Below, in pieces: positions 46,243 through 54,425 of a stretch of DNA of 64,000 nt (position 1 is its first letter; each line of letters starts with the position of its first letter). This DNA comes from an uncultured virus (IMG/VR IMGVR_UViG_3300046804_004946). Lineage: Duplodnaviria > Heunggongvirae > Uroviricota > Caudoviricetes. Location: positions 1 to 64,000 of the IMG/VR virus record IMGVR_UViG_3300046804_004946. One strand, given 5' to 3'. Below the pieces are notes generated by a model, which had not been told where the DNA came from, searched no databases, and worked only from the letters and a program-made list of their open reading frames with translations. The position numbers and the translations under genes are program-made.

Positions 46243-46670
46243 ATCTTGAACAAATTCAGGAAATGTGGGAAAAAGATTCTGTAATTGATCCTGATAATTT
46301 ACACGACGAATCTTTAAAAATTCCCCAACTACATTCAAAATATTATACAGTTTATAATACAATAACTCTTTTGAGAGAAAAAGCAAGAGAAACTTATAAT
46401 AAAGTCCGTTTAGAACGCTACAATTACTACACAGGAAAGGCACCAGCAGAGGTTTACGTGGAAGATCCTTTCCCATATAAGGTTAGAGAAAAAGAAGCAT
46501 TACAGAGGCATATGGATGCCGACGAAAGATTAAATAAAATAGATCTTAAAATTAGATATTATGATATTATGCTTAAGTTTCTTGAAGAAATTATAAAAAC
46601 AATTTCAAATAGAACTTTCCAAATCAAGAACGCAATTGAATGGCACAGGTTCCAAGCAGGTTTTAATTAA
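46239..46670 (+). CDS. uvsY: Recombination mediator UvsY
   Basis: W.KDSVID, IPQLHSKY, RTFQIKNAIEW. Confidence 0.92.
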   Translation: MNLEQIQEMWEKDSVIDPDNLHDESLKIPQLHSKYYTVYNTITLLREKARETYNKVRLERYNYYTGKAPAEVYVEDPFPYKVREKEALQRHMDADERLNKIDLKIRYYDIMLKFLEEIIKTISNRTFQIKNAIEWHRFQAGFN

Positions 46671-46704
46671 GCAAATAAATACTCATAAGTAATATTATGG
46701 GTAT

Positions 46705-48168
46705 ATGACTCATTTGATTATCTCAAAAAAGAATGAAGTATATCTTCAGGTAAAGGCAGAACCTCACGTTTATTACGAACTTCAAGATCAGTTTACCTTT
46801 GATGTACCAGGCGCAAAGTTTATGCCCCAGTTTCGCAACAAATACTGGGATGGAAAAATTCGTTTATTTAATACCCAAACTGGAGAAATATATGTTGGGT
46901 TATTAGATAAACTGATAAGATTTTGTGAAAATCATAATTATACTTATGAATTTATAAACAATAAATTCTATGGTCTTCCTTTTGAAATTAATGACATGAT
47001 TTCAAAGGAAGGTGTCAAAGATTACATGAATTCTATCTGCAAGTATTCTCCCCGCGAGTACCAAGTTGAGGGAGTATACGACGCTTTAAGACATAATAGA
47101 AAGTTGTTGATATCTCCAACTGCTTCTGGAAAGTCTCTGATGATATACTCAATTGTGAGATATTACGTTGAGAAAGGGCAAAATACGTTGATAGTCGTTC
47201 CAACGACATCCCTTGTAGAGCAGATGTATAAAGATTTTGCAGATTATGGGTGGGATGTTGGTTCATTTTGCCACAAGATATATGCGGGTAAAGAAAGAGA
47301 AACAGACTCACAGGTCATCATTACAACCTGGCAGTCTATCTACAAACTTCCCCGTCAATACTTTTCAAGATTTAATGTGGTTGTTGGAGATGAAGCACAC
47401 CAGTTTAAATCAAAGTCATTAGTATCTATAATGACAAAACTTTCTGATGCAAAATATCGTTACGGTTTTACTGGAACTCTTGATGGATCTCAAACTCATA
47501 AATGGGTTTTAGAAGGATTATTTGGACCTTCTTATAAAATTATTCGTACTGATGAGTTGATGCAGAAAGGTCACGTTGCAAAGTTAGATATTAATATTCT
47601 TCTATTGAAACACCCACCAAATAAATTTGAAACTTTTGAAGAAGAAGTTCAATATATTATTAATCATGAACGTAGAAACAAGTTTATTCGCAATCTTGCT
47701 CTTGATCTTAAGGGTAATACTTTAATTCTTTTTTCAAGAGTTGAAGGTCATGGACAACCATTATACGAACTCATAAATAGTAGCATCACAGATAATCGCC
47801 ATGTATTTTTTGTTCATGGTGGTGTGGATACTGAAGACCGAGAACAAGTCAGAGAAATTACTGAAAAGGAAAATAATGCAATCATCGTTGCTTCTTACGG
47901 TACTTTTTCTACTGGTATTAACATCAGAAATCTACATAATGTTATCTTTGCTTCCCCTAGTAAATCAAGAATCAGAAACCTCCAATCAATCGGAAGAGTC
48001 TTAAGAAAAAGCGACAACAAAACAAAAGCAACTTTATATGATATTGCTGATGATATCAGTTATAAATCAAGAAAAAATTATACACTCAATCATTTAATAG
48101 AAAGAATTAAAGTTTATAACGAAGAAAATTTTAACTACGATATTGTAAACATACCGATTAAAAACTAA
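46705..48168 (+). CDS. uvsW: SF2 helicase UvsW
   Basis: WDGKIRLF, SPTASGKS, DEAH, QSIGRVLR. Confidence 0.96.
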   Translation: MTHLIISKKNEVYLQVKAEPHVYYELQDQFTFDVPGAKFMPQFRNKYWDGKIRLFNTQTGEIYVGLLDKLIRFCENHNYTYEFINNKFYGLPFEINDMISKEGVKDYMNSICKYSPREYQVEGVYDALRHNRKLLISPTASGKSLMIYSIVRYYVEKGQNTLIVVPTTSLVEQMYKDFADYGWDVGSFCHKIYAGKERETDSQVIITTWQSIYKLPRQYFSRFNVVVGDEAHQFKSKSLVSIMTKLSDAKYRYGFTGTLDGSQTHKWVLEGLFGPSYKIIRTDELMQKGHVAKLDINILLLKHPPNKFETFEEEVQYIINHERRNKFIRNLALDLKGNTLILFSRVEGHGQPLYELINSSITDNRHVFFVHGGVDTEDREQVREITEKENNAIIVASYGTFSTGINIRNLHNVIFASPSKSRIRNLQSIGRVLRKSDNKTKATLYDIADDISYKSRKNYTLNHLIERIKVYNEENFNYDIVNIPIKN

Positions 48169-48587
48169 TGGGAGAAGAGTTCTATAGCAGCATTAAATTA
48201 GTTAGTGGAGAAGAAATATTTTCATTAGTATCAATTGATGAAAATGATGGAGATCCTATTGTAGTGTTGCAAAATCCAGTTGTAATTAAAGTTATTACAA
48301 ATCATTCTGGTCAAATGATAAAAATAAAACCATGGATGGAAATACCATCTGATGATTTTTTTATTATTAGATTAGATAAAATTATTACTATGACAGAAGT
48401 TAATAATCAACTAGTAATAAATTGTTATAATAATTATATTGAAAGTGATGATGAAGAAATGCCAGTAACCACTCAAAGTGGTAAAGTTAAACTATCCGAC
48501 AGAATGGGATATCTTTCGTCAGTAGAAGAAGCTCGTAAAAAACTAGAAAATATATTTAAAAATAATAAAGATCATAAAGAAAGCTAG
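48168..48587 (+). CDS. Hypothetical protein, possibly Sm-like fold
   Basis: IKLVSGEEI motif; lies between uvsW and gp55. Confidence 0.75.
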   Translation: MGEEFYSSIKLVSGEEIFSLVSIDENDGDPIVVLQNPVVIKVITNHSGQMIKIKPWMEIPSDDFFIIRLDKIITMTEVNNQLVINCYNNYIESDDEEMPVTTQSGKVKLSDRMGYLSSVEEARKKLENIFKNNKDHKES

Positions 48588-48613
48588 ATCTCATCTTCAA
48601 ACCTAACAAAGGC

Positions 48614-48642
48614 ATTCTACTCATTTTCAAGAGATTTGTCAA
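48614..48642 (-). promoter_or_regulatory. Antisense sigma70-type promoter
   Basis: Reverse complement reads TTGACA-AATCTCTTGAAAATGAG (17 nt)-TAGAAT. Confidence 0.7.
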
Positions 48643-48645
48643 GAG

Positions 48646-48674
48646 TTTAAAATATTTAAAAATGATGATATAAT
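48646..48674 (+). promoter_or_regulatory. sigma70-type promoter for gp55
   Basis: TTTAAA-N17-TATAAT with extended TGn at 48666. Confidence 0.6.
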
Positions 48675-48709
48675 AGTAATTAATATTTTTAATTTAAAAA
48701 AGCAATGTT

Positions 48710-49183
48710 ATGTCCAAAAAGAAATCAGAGCATTATGTAAATAATAAGCAATTATTAGAAGAACTTATTGTTTATCGTCAAAAATATATTAAGTCCAAAG
48801 AAAATGGAATGGCAAAACCTCAAATATCAAATTATTTGGGAGATTGCTTTTTGAAAATTGCAACCCACTTATCATATAAACCAAATTTTGTGAATTATAT
48901 GTTTCGTGAGGATATGATTTCGGATGGCGTAGAAAATTGTATTCAGTATATTCATAATTTTGATCCAAATAAAAGTAGTAATCCATTTGCCTACTTTACC
49001 CAAATCATTCATTATGCTTTTTTGAGAAGAATTCAAAAAGAAAAGAAGCAATTAGAAATAAAATCTAAAATTATTGAGAGAAGTGGTTTTGATGAAGTGA
49101 TGATGGTGGATGAGGGCTTGCTTTTTGGTACCAGCAGTGACTATAATACCATCAAAGACAACATCCAATATAAAACCCGATGA
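48710..49183 (+). CDS. gp55: Late transcription sigma factor gp55
   Basis: HYVNNK, NFVNYMFREDMISDG.ENC, NPFAYFTQI...AFLRRIQKEK. Confidence 0.96.
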   Translation: MSKKKSEHYVNNKQLLEELIVYRQKYIKSKENGMAKPQISNYLGDCFLKIATHLSYKPNFVNYMFREDMISDGVENCIQYIHNFDPNKSSNPFAYFTQIIHYAFLRRIQKEKKQLEIKSKIIERSGFDEVMMVDEGLLFGTSSDYNTIKDNIQYKTR

Positions 49184-50217
49184 AGGTTGCCATCATTACA
49201 GATACCCATTATGGTGCTCGTAAAGGGTCAAAATATCTCCACGATTATTTTGAACTCTTTTATAAGAATGTATTTTTCCCTGCTTTAAAAGAACACGGGG
49301 TAGAAGCAGTCATTCATATGGGTGATGCTTTTGATAGTCGCAAATCAATTGATTACCAAAGTCTTGAATGGGCAAAGAGAGTTGTATTTGAACCTCTGCG
49401 GAACTATGAGGTTCACATGATTATTGGTAATCATGATTGTTACTATAAAAATACGAATACTGTCAATTCTCCAAGTTTGCTTCTTCAAACTTATCCAAAT
49501 ATTAAAACTTATAGTTCTCCTCAAACCATTAATGTTGGTGGTCTAAACATCATGATGGTTCCCTGGATTTGTAGTGAAAACTATGACGAAACTTTAAATC
49601 ATATTGAAAAAACAAGAGCAAAAATTGCTATGGGACACCTTGAGTTTCAAGGTTTTCGGGTAAATCGCAATCTTGTTATGGAGGATCATGGACTGGACTC
49701 GACTATTTTTTCAAAGTTCAAAAAGGTATTTTCTGGTCATTACCACACTCGTTCTGATAATGGAAGTATCTTCTATCTCGGTAATCCTTATGAAATGTAT
49801 TGGACGGATGTAAACGATACGCGAGGATTTCATATTTTTGATACGGAAACCCTTACTCATACTCCAATTAACAATCCTTATAAATTATTTTATAACATTT
49901 ATTATGAAGATACTCCTTATCAATTATTTGATGCTACGGAGTATGAAGATAAAATTGTTAAAGTGATTGTTCGTAAAAAATCTAAACCAAAAGATTTTGA
50001 AAAATTTATTGATAAACTTTATTCTGCAAAAGTTCAAGAACTTAAAATTGTAGAAAACTTTGATATTATAGAAAATGAAGATTTTCAAATTGAAGAAGAA
50101 GAAAGTACAATTTCAATTCTTAATCGGTATATTGATGAATCTGAATTTCAATTTGATAAAACAATTATTAAAGAAATTTTTCAAGATTTATACCAGCAAG
50201 CTTGCGAAGTAGAGTAA
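49180..50217 (+). CDS. gp47: Recombination endonuclease subunit gp47 (Mre11-like)
   Basis: DTHYG, GDAFD, GNHD, SGHYH. Confidence 0.95.
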   Translation: MKVAIITDTHYGARKGSKYLHDYFELFYKNVFFPALKEHGVEAVIHMGDAFDSRKSIDYQSLEWAKRVVFEPLRNYEVHMIIGNHDCYYKNTNTVNSPSLLLQTYPNIKTYSSPQTINVGGLNIMMVPWICSENYDETLNHIEKTRAKIAMGHLEFQGFRVNRNLVMEDHGLDSTIFSKFKKVFSGHYHTRSDNGSIFYLGNPYEMYWTDVNDTRGFHIFDTETLTHTPINNPYKLFYNIYYEDTPYQLFDATEYEDKIVKVIVRKKSKPKDFEKFIDKLYSAKVQELKIVENFDIIENEDFQIEEEESTISILNRYIDESEFQFDKTIIKEIFQDLYQQACEVE

Positions 50218-50487
50218 ATGTTTCTTTTAACTCTAAAAGATAAAAAAGACGACGGAGCATATGCCGTACAAGATCAGTACGGTCAAAAAGTTTTATTTCT
50301 TTTTGAAGAAGAGGATGATGCAACACGTTATGCTTTGATGCTTGAAGATCAAGAAGAAACAGAGATGGACGTTGTTGAGGTTGACGACGAACTTGCAATA
50401 AAAACTTGCAAGATGTATAATTACAAATACGCTGTAATTACTCCTGACGATATCGTAATTCCCCCTAAAAATGTTAGTATTTCATAA
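50218..50487 (+). CDS. Acidic hypothetical protein, 89 aa
   Basis: LFEEEDDA.RYA.ML motif; lies between gp47 and gp46. Confidence 0.75.
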   Translation: MFLLTLKDKKDDGAYAVQDQYGQKVLFLFEEEDDATRYALMLEDQEETEMDVVEVDDELAIKTCKMYNYKYAVITPDDIVIPPKNVSIS

Positions 50488-52183
50488 AATCAAGTGGAAA
50501 AATTTTCTTTCAACTGGAAATCAATTTACTGAAGTTAATTTAGAATCAAACAATACAAATTTAATTATTGGAACAAACGGAGCAGGAAAGTCTACAATCC
50601 TTGATGCTCTTACGTTTGTTCTTTTTAATAAACCTTTTCGTAAAATTAATAAACCACAGTTAGTCAATACTGTAAACGAAAAAGATTGTTTAGTTGAAAT
50701 TGAATTTTCTGTTAATGGTAGAGATTATTTGGTTCGCCGTGGAATTAAACCAAATGTTTTTGATATTGAAGTAAATGGTCAACCTCTTCACAAAGAAGCG
50801 GATGATCGTGCTAATCAAAGAATTCTTGAAGAGAATATTCTTAAAGTAAATTATAAATCTTTTACCCAGATTGTAATTTTGGGAAGTAGTGCATTTGTTC
50901 CTTTTATGCAGTTGACTTCTGCAAATCGACGTGAGGTAATTGAAGATCTTTTAGATATTCGTATTTTTTCTGCGATGAATAATATTGTCAAAGATAAAAT
51001 TCGTGCTCAAAAGGATGAAATTAAATCTTTAAATGTTGCAAAAGAAAATTTTAAAGACAAAATTAAAATGCAACAAGATTTTATTGAAGAACTTGAGAAT
51101 CGTGGAAATGCCAATATAAATGCCAATAAAGAAAAGATTGCCAATTTAGATAATGAAGTTGGTGTTTATATGACAGATAATTCTGTTATTGAAGAAAGTA
51201 TTTTTAAGTACATTAAAGAGCAAGAAGAAGTTATTGGTGCAGAAGAAAAGTTAGTAAAGCTTAACAATTTAAAGGGGAAATTATCTCAAAAAGTATTTAC
51301 TATTACCAAAGAGCATAAGTTTTTTACTGAAAATACGGTATGCCCTACTTGCACTCAAACTATAGAAGAAGAATTTCGGTTAAATAGAATTGTAGATGCT
51401 CAAAATAAAGCAAAGGAACTCCAGAAAGGTTTTCAAGAACTTGAGGAGGCAATAGAATTAGAAAAAGAACGAGAGCGTCAATTTACAGTTCTTTCCAAGG
51501 AGATTACAAAACTCAACCATGAGATTTCTCAAAACAATACTCGCATTTCACTCAACCAGAGACAAATACGAGAACTTGAATCTGAAATTCAAACTATTAC
51601 CAAAAACCTTGCAAACAGAAATACTGAACATGAGAAGCTAGAAGAATTTCAAACTAATCTCCAAAACACAATAGAAGACCTTTCAAACAAAAAACAAAAA
51701 ATCGTTTATTACGATTTTGCCTATTCCTTACTCAAGGACGATGGCGTTAAAACGAAGATCATTAAGAAGTATCTTCCGTTCATAAATCAGCAGGTGAATC
51801 GTTATCTTCAGATGATGGACTTTTATATTAATTTTCATCTGGATGAAGAATTTAATGAAACAGTAAAATCACCCATTCACGAAGACTTTTCTTATAGTTC
51901 CTTTAGTGAGGGTGAGAAAATGAGAATCGACCTTGCCCTTCTCTTCACTTGGAGAGAAGTCGCCCGAGTCAAAAACTCCGTCAATACCAATCTGCTGATT
52001 ATGGATGAGGTCTTTGATTCATCGCTTGATGGATTCGGAACTGATGAGTTTCTTAAGATTATCCGTTATGTGATCAAAGATGCTAATATCTTTGTGATCT
52101 CTCATAAAACAGATTTGCACGATAAATTTGAAAATGTGATAAAATTTGATAAAGTAAAAGGATTTAGTAGGATTAGTGTATGA
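50471..52183 (+). CDS. gp46: Recombination ATPase gp46 (Rad50-like)
   Basis: GTNGAGKS, CPTC zinc hook, FSEGEK signature, MDEVFDSSLD. Confidence 0.96.
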   Translation: MLVFHKIKWKNFLSTGNQFTEVNLESNNTNLIIGTNGAGKSTILDALTFVLFNKPFRKINKPQLVNTVNEKDCLVEIEFSVNGRDYLVRRGIKPNVFDIEVNGQPLHKEADDRANQRILEENILKVNYKSFTQIVILGSSAFVPFMQLTSANRREVIEDLLDIRIFSAMNNIVKDKIRAQKDEIKSLNVAKENFKDKIKMQQDFIEELENRGNANINANKEKIANLDNEVGVYMTDNSVIEESIFKYIKEQEEVIGAEEKLVKLNNLKGKLSQKVFTITKEHKFFTENTVCPTCTQTIEEEFRLNRIVDAQNKAKELQKGFQELEEAIELEKERERQFTVLSKEITKLNHEISQNNTRISLNQRQIRELESEIQTITKNLANRNTEHEKLEEFQTNLQNTIEDLSNKKQKIVYYDFAYSLLKDDGVKTKIIKKYLPFINQQVNRYLQMMDFYINFHLDEEFNETVKSPIHEDFSYSSFSEGEKMRIDLALLFTWREVARVKNSVNTNLLIMDEVFDSSLDGFGTDEFLKIIRYVIKDANIFVISHKTDLHDKFENVIKFDKVKGFSRISV

Positions 52184-52968
52184 TTGGAATTATTGGAAAT
52201 GGATTTGTTGGAAATGCAGTATATCAAAATTTAAGAGATAAAGTAACTTGTAAAGTTTTTGATGTAGATAAAAATAAATCTTTCAATACATTAGATGAAG
52301 TTTTAAGACAAGCATTTATTTTTGTTTGTCTCCCCACTCCCATGAAAAGTACTGGAGAATGTGATCTTTCAATTTTAGATAATTTTTTTAAAGATCTTCC
52401 AAAAACTGTTGATGGTATTTTTGTAATTAAATCAACTGTACCTATTGGAACTACTAAAAAATATTCTAAAAAATATAAAGTTATTCATAATCCAGAATTT
52501 TTAACTGCAAGAAATGCTGTTGAGGATTTTAGAAATTCTGAAAGAAATGTTGTTGGTGGAGACAAAAATATTTGTCAGCAATTTGTAAATTTCTTTAAAA
52601 CTATATTTCCAGAAATTCCAAGTGTTATAACTACTTCTGATGAAAGTGAGGCAATTAAATATTTTGCCAATAGTTTCCTAGCACTGAAGGTTGCATACTT
52701 TAATAAAATGTATGATCTCTGCGAAGCAGTAGGGATGAATTATGATACGGTGTGTTCTGGTGTAACTTCCGATAGTAGAATTGGGCAATCTCATACTCAA
52801 GTTCCTGGATTTGATAATGATCGTGGATTTGGTGGCACCTGCTTCCCTAAAGATCTGAATTCCCTCATAGTTCAAATGGAAACCCACGGAGTGGATGCTG
52901 ATATGCTAAAGTCTGTATGGTCTTACAACCAACAAATTCGCACGGTCATAGACTGGGCCGTAACCTAA
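52180..52968 (+). CDS. UDP-glucose/GDP-mannose dehydrogenase family protein
   Basis: GNGFVG Rossmann motif, KSTVP.G, NPEFL, GFGGTCFPKD catalytic Cys. Confidence 0.88.
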   Translation: MIGIIGNGFVGNAVYQNLRDKVTCKVFDVDKNKSFNTLDEVLRQAFIFVCLPTPMKSTGECDLSILDNFFKDLPKTVDGIFVIKSTVPIGTTKKYSKKYKVIHNPEFLTARNAVEDFRNSERNVVGGDKNICQQFVNFFKTIFPEIPSVITTSDESEAIKYFANSFLALKVAYFNKMYDLCEAVGMNYDTVCSGVTSDSRIGQSHTQVPGFDNDRGFGGTCFPKDLNSLIVQMETHGVDADMLKSVWSYNQQIRTVIDWAVT

Positions 52969-52969
52969 A

Positions 52970-53113
52970 ATGAACACCCCCAACTGGCAACACCACTCCA
53001 AAAAGGAACAGAAGAGGAAACTTAAACCTCAAGCACTCCGACAAGCAAAGGCACGACGCCAAGCACTCAAGAAGCGCCTCCAAGGGGGCGCTTCTTCATT
53101 TATAAATATCTAA
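52970..53113 (+). CDS. Small basic protein, 47 aa (MNTPNWQHHSKKEQKRKLKPQALRQAKARR...)
   Basis: Translated by hand; starts 1 nt after the upstream stop; a GC hairpin near 53070-53095 overlaps its 3' end. Confidence 0.7.
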   Translation: MNTPNWQHHSKKEQKRKLKPQALRQAKARRQALKKRLQGGASSFINI

Positions 53114-53126
53114 AAAATTAATTAAA

Positions 53127-53345
53127 ATGAAAACCTTTCAAGAATTTCAAATTGAAAGTAAATCTCAACAATTTAAAGATAGATTAGAAAATTTGAAAAA
53201 AAGGAGTGATGCTACAGATGCTGCCGCACAACAAACAGCATCTCAAGCTAGATCACATTTTGATAAACTATCTACCGCAATTAACAAGTATAGAAATACA
53301 GTAAAAACTGATAAAAAAGCAAATCCTCATGCGGATGAAGAATGA
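53127..53345 (+). CDS. Putative internal head protein with capsid-targeting-like N-terminus MKTFQEFQIE
   Basis: Late promoter at 53101; resembles the T4 internal-protein leader MKTYQEFIAE. Confidence 0.75.
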   Translation: MKTFQEFQIESKSQQFKDRLENLKKRSDATDAAAQQTASQARSHFDKLSTAINKYRNTVKTDKKANPHADEE

Positions 53346-53381
53346 GTCTTTTTATAAATAACTAAAAACGTTTTTATAAAA

Positions 53382-54338
53382 ATGAAAGCAACGGAAATGC
53401 AATCCTTATTTGAGGCATATGAAAATGTATATGCCCAGGAAGATGTAACGCAAGAATTTTCAGAAGAAGTAGAAATTGCTGCACAATATTTCTATGAGAT
53501 GGGTTTAAACGAAGAAGGTATTGATATTTTGATTGAAGAACTTGGTGATGAAGAATTTACCGAGTTTGTTTATGATATTGCTGAAGAATATGTTTTGAGT
53601 GAGGCAAGAGCAGGTGGTACTAGAATTGAACCTGTGACTGCAAAGGGGCAAAAGTTCAAATCTGGTAAACCAACTGGTAAGTCTCTTGAAAGACTTCGTG
53701 CTCAAAAGGCAGCAAGAAGAGATGCAGAATCAAAAGCATCTGCAGCAAAACCATCAGGAATGAAGGCATCTTTACAGAGACAATCTGCCGTTTCTGCTGC
53801 TGCAAAGAAACAGCCTAAAAAACCAGGTGTATTAGATCGTGTTGCTGGTGCAATTAATAGAGGAATTGCAAGACATAATGCTGCTATGAATGCTGCAAAA
53901 GAAACTGGAAAAACTATTAAAAAAGCAGCAGGGCATGTTGGTGGAGTTGCAAAAGAAGTTGGAAAGGGAGCATCTGGTGCTGCTAAACTTGCTGGTCATG
54001 TAGCAAGGAAAGGTTTAAATGATGAGTATATTATGGCATATTTAATTGATGAAGGTTATGCAGATACTGAAGAAGCAGCACTTGCAATTCTAGAAAACAT
54101 GAGTAGAGAATGGAAACAAAATATTATGATTAGTGAGGAAGAGTCTGATAGAGCAAATGATAGAAGACTTGAGAGAGGTGGAGTTGGTGCTGGTAGAGGA
54201 TCTACAAAACCACAAAAACCAGCAAAACCCATGAGTGATGCTGAACGTAAAGCCGCTGATGAGAGACGTAGAGAAGTTTCTCGCCAAGCAATTGCTTCAG
54301 TAATGGCTGCTCATGGTGGTAGAAAAAACTTTATGTAA
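53382..54338 (+). CDS. Late hypothetical protein with acidic N-terminus and Lys/Ala-rich core (putative internal protein)
   Basis: Late promoter at 53353; alternating acidic and basic blocks. Confidence 0.75.
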   Translation: MKATEMQSLFEAYENVYAQEDVTQEFSEEVEIAAQYFYEMGLNEEGIDILIEELGDEEFTEFVYDIAEEYVLSEARAGGTRIEPVTAKGQKFKSGKPTGKSLERLRAQKAARRDAESKASAAKPSGMKASLQRQSAVSAAAKKQPKKPGVLDRVAGAINRGIARHNAAMNAAKETGKTIKKAAGHVGGVAKEVGKGASGAAKLAGHVARKGLNDEYIMAYLIDEGYADTEEAALAILENMSREWKQNIMISEEESDRANDRRLERGGVGAGRGSTKPQKPAKPMSDAERKAADERRREVSRQAIASVMAAHGGRKNFM

Positions 54339-54346
54339 AAATATTG

Positions 54347-54425
54347 GGACCACTTTTCAAACTGGCACACTGGAGGGTTTTACCACCCTCTTTTTTTGTA
54401 TTATGGGTCCATACGCAACAAACCC
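54347..54425 (+). promoter_or_regulatory. Early-type promoter with imperfect palindrome and hairpin
   Basis: GGACCACTT-N4-AACTGGCAC, hairpin GAGGGT/ACCCTC, T run, TATTAT (54399-54404), C/A-rich leader CAACAAACCC-ATG. Confidence 0.65.

Noticed and set aside
35221..52183. Introns or inteins in gp17, gp20, gp23, uvsW or gp46
   Set aside because: All are continuous ORFs of expected length with no intein or group I intron signatures.
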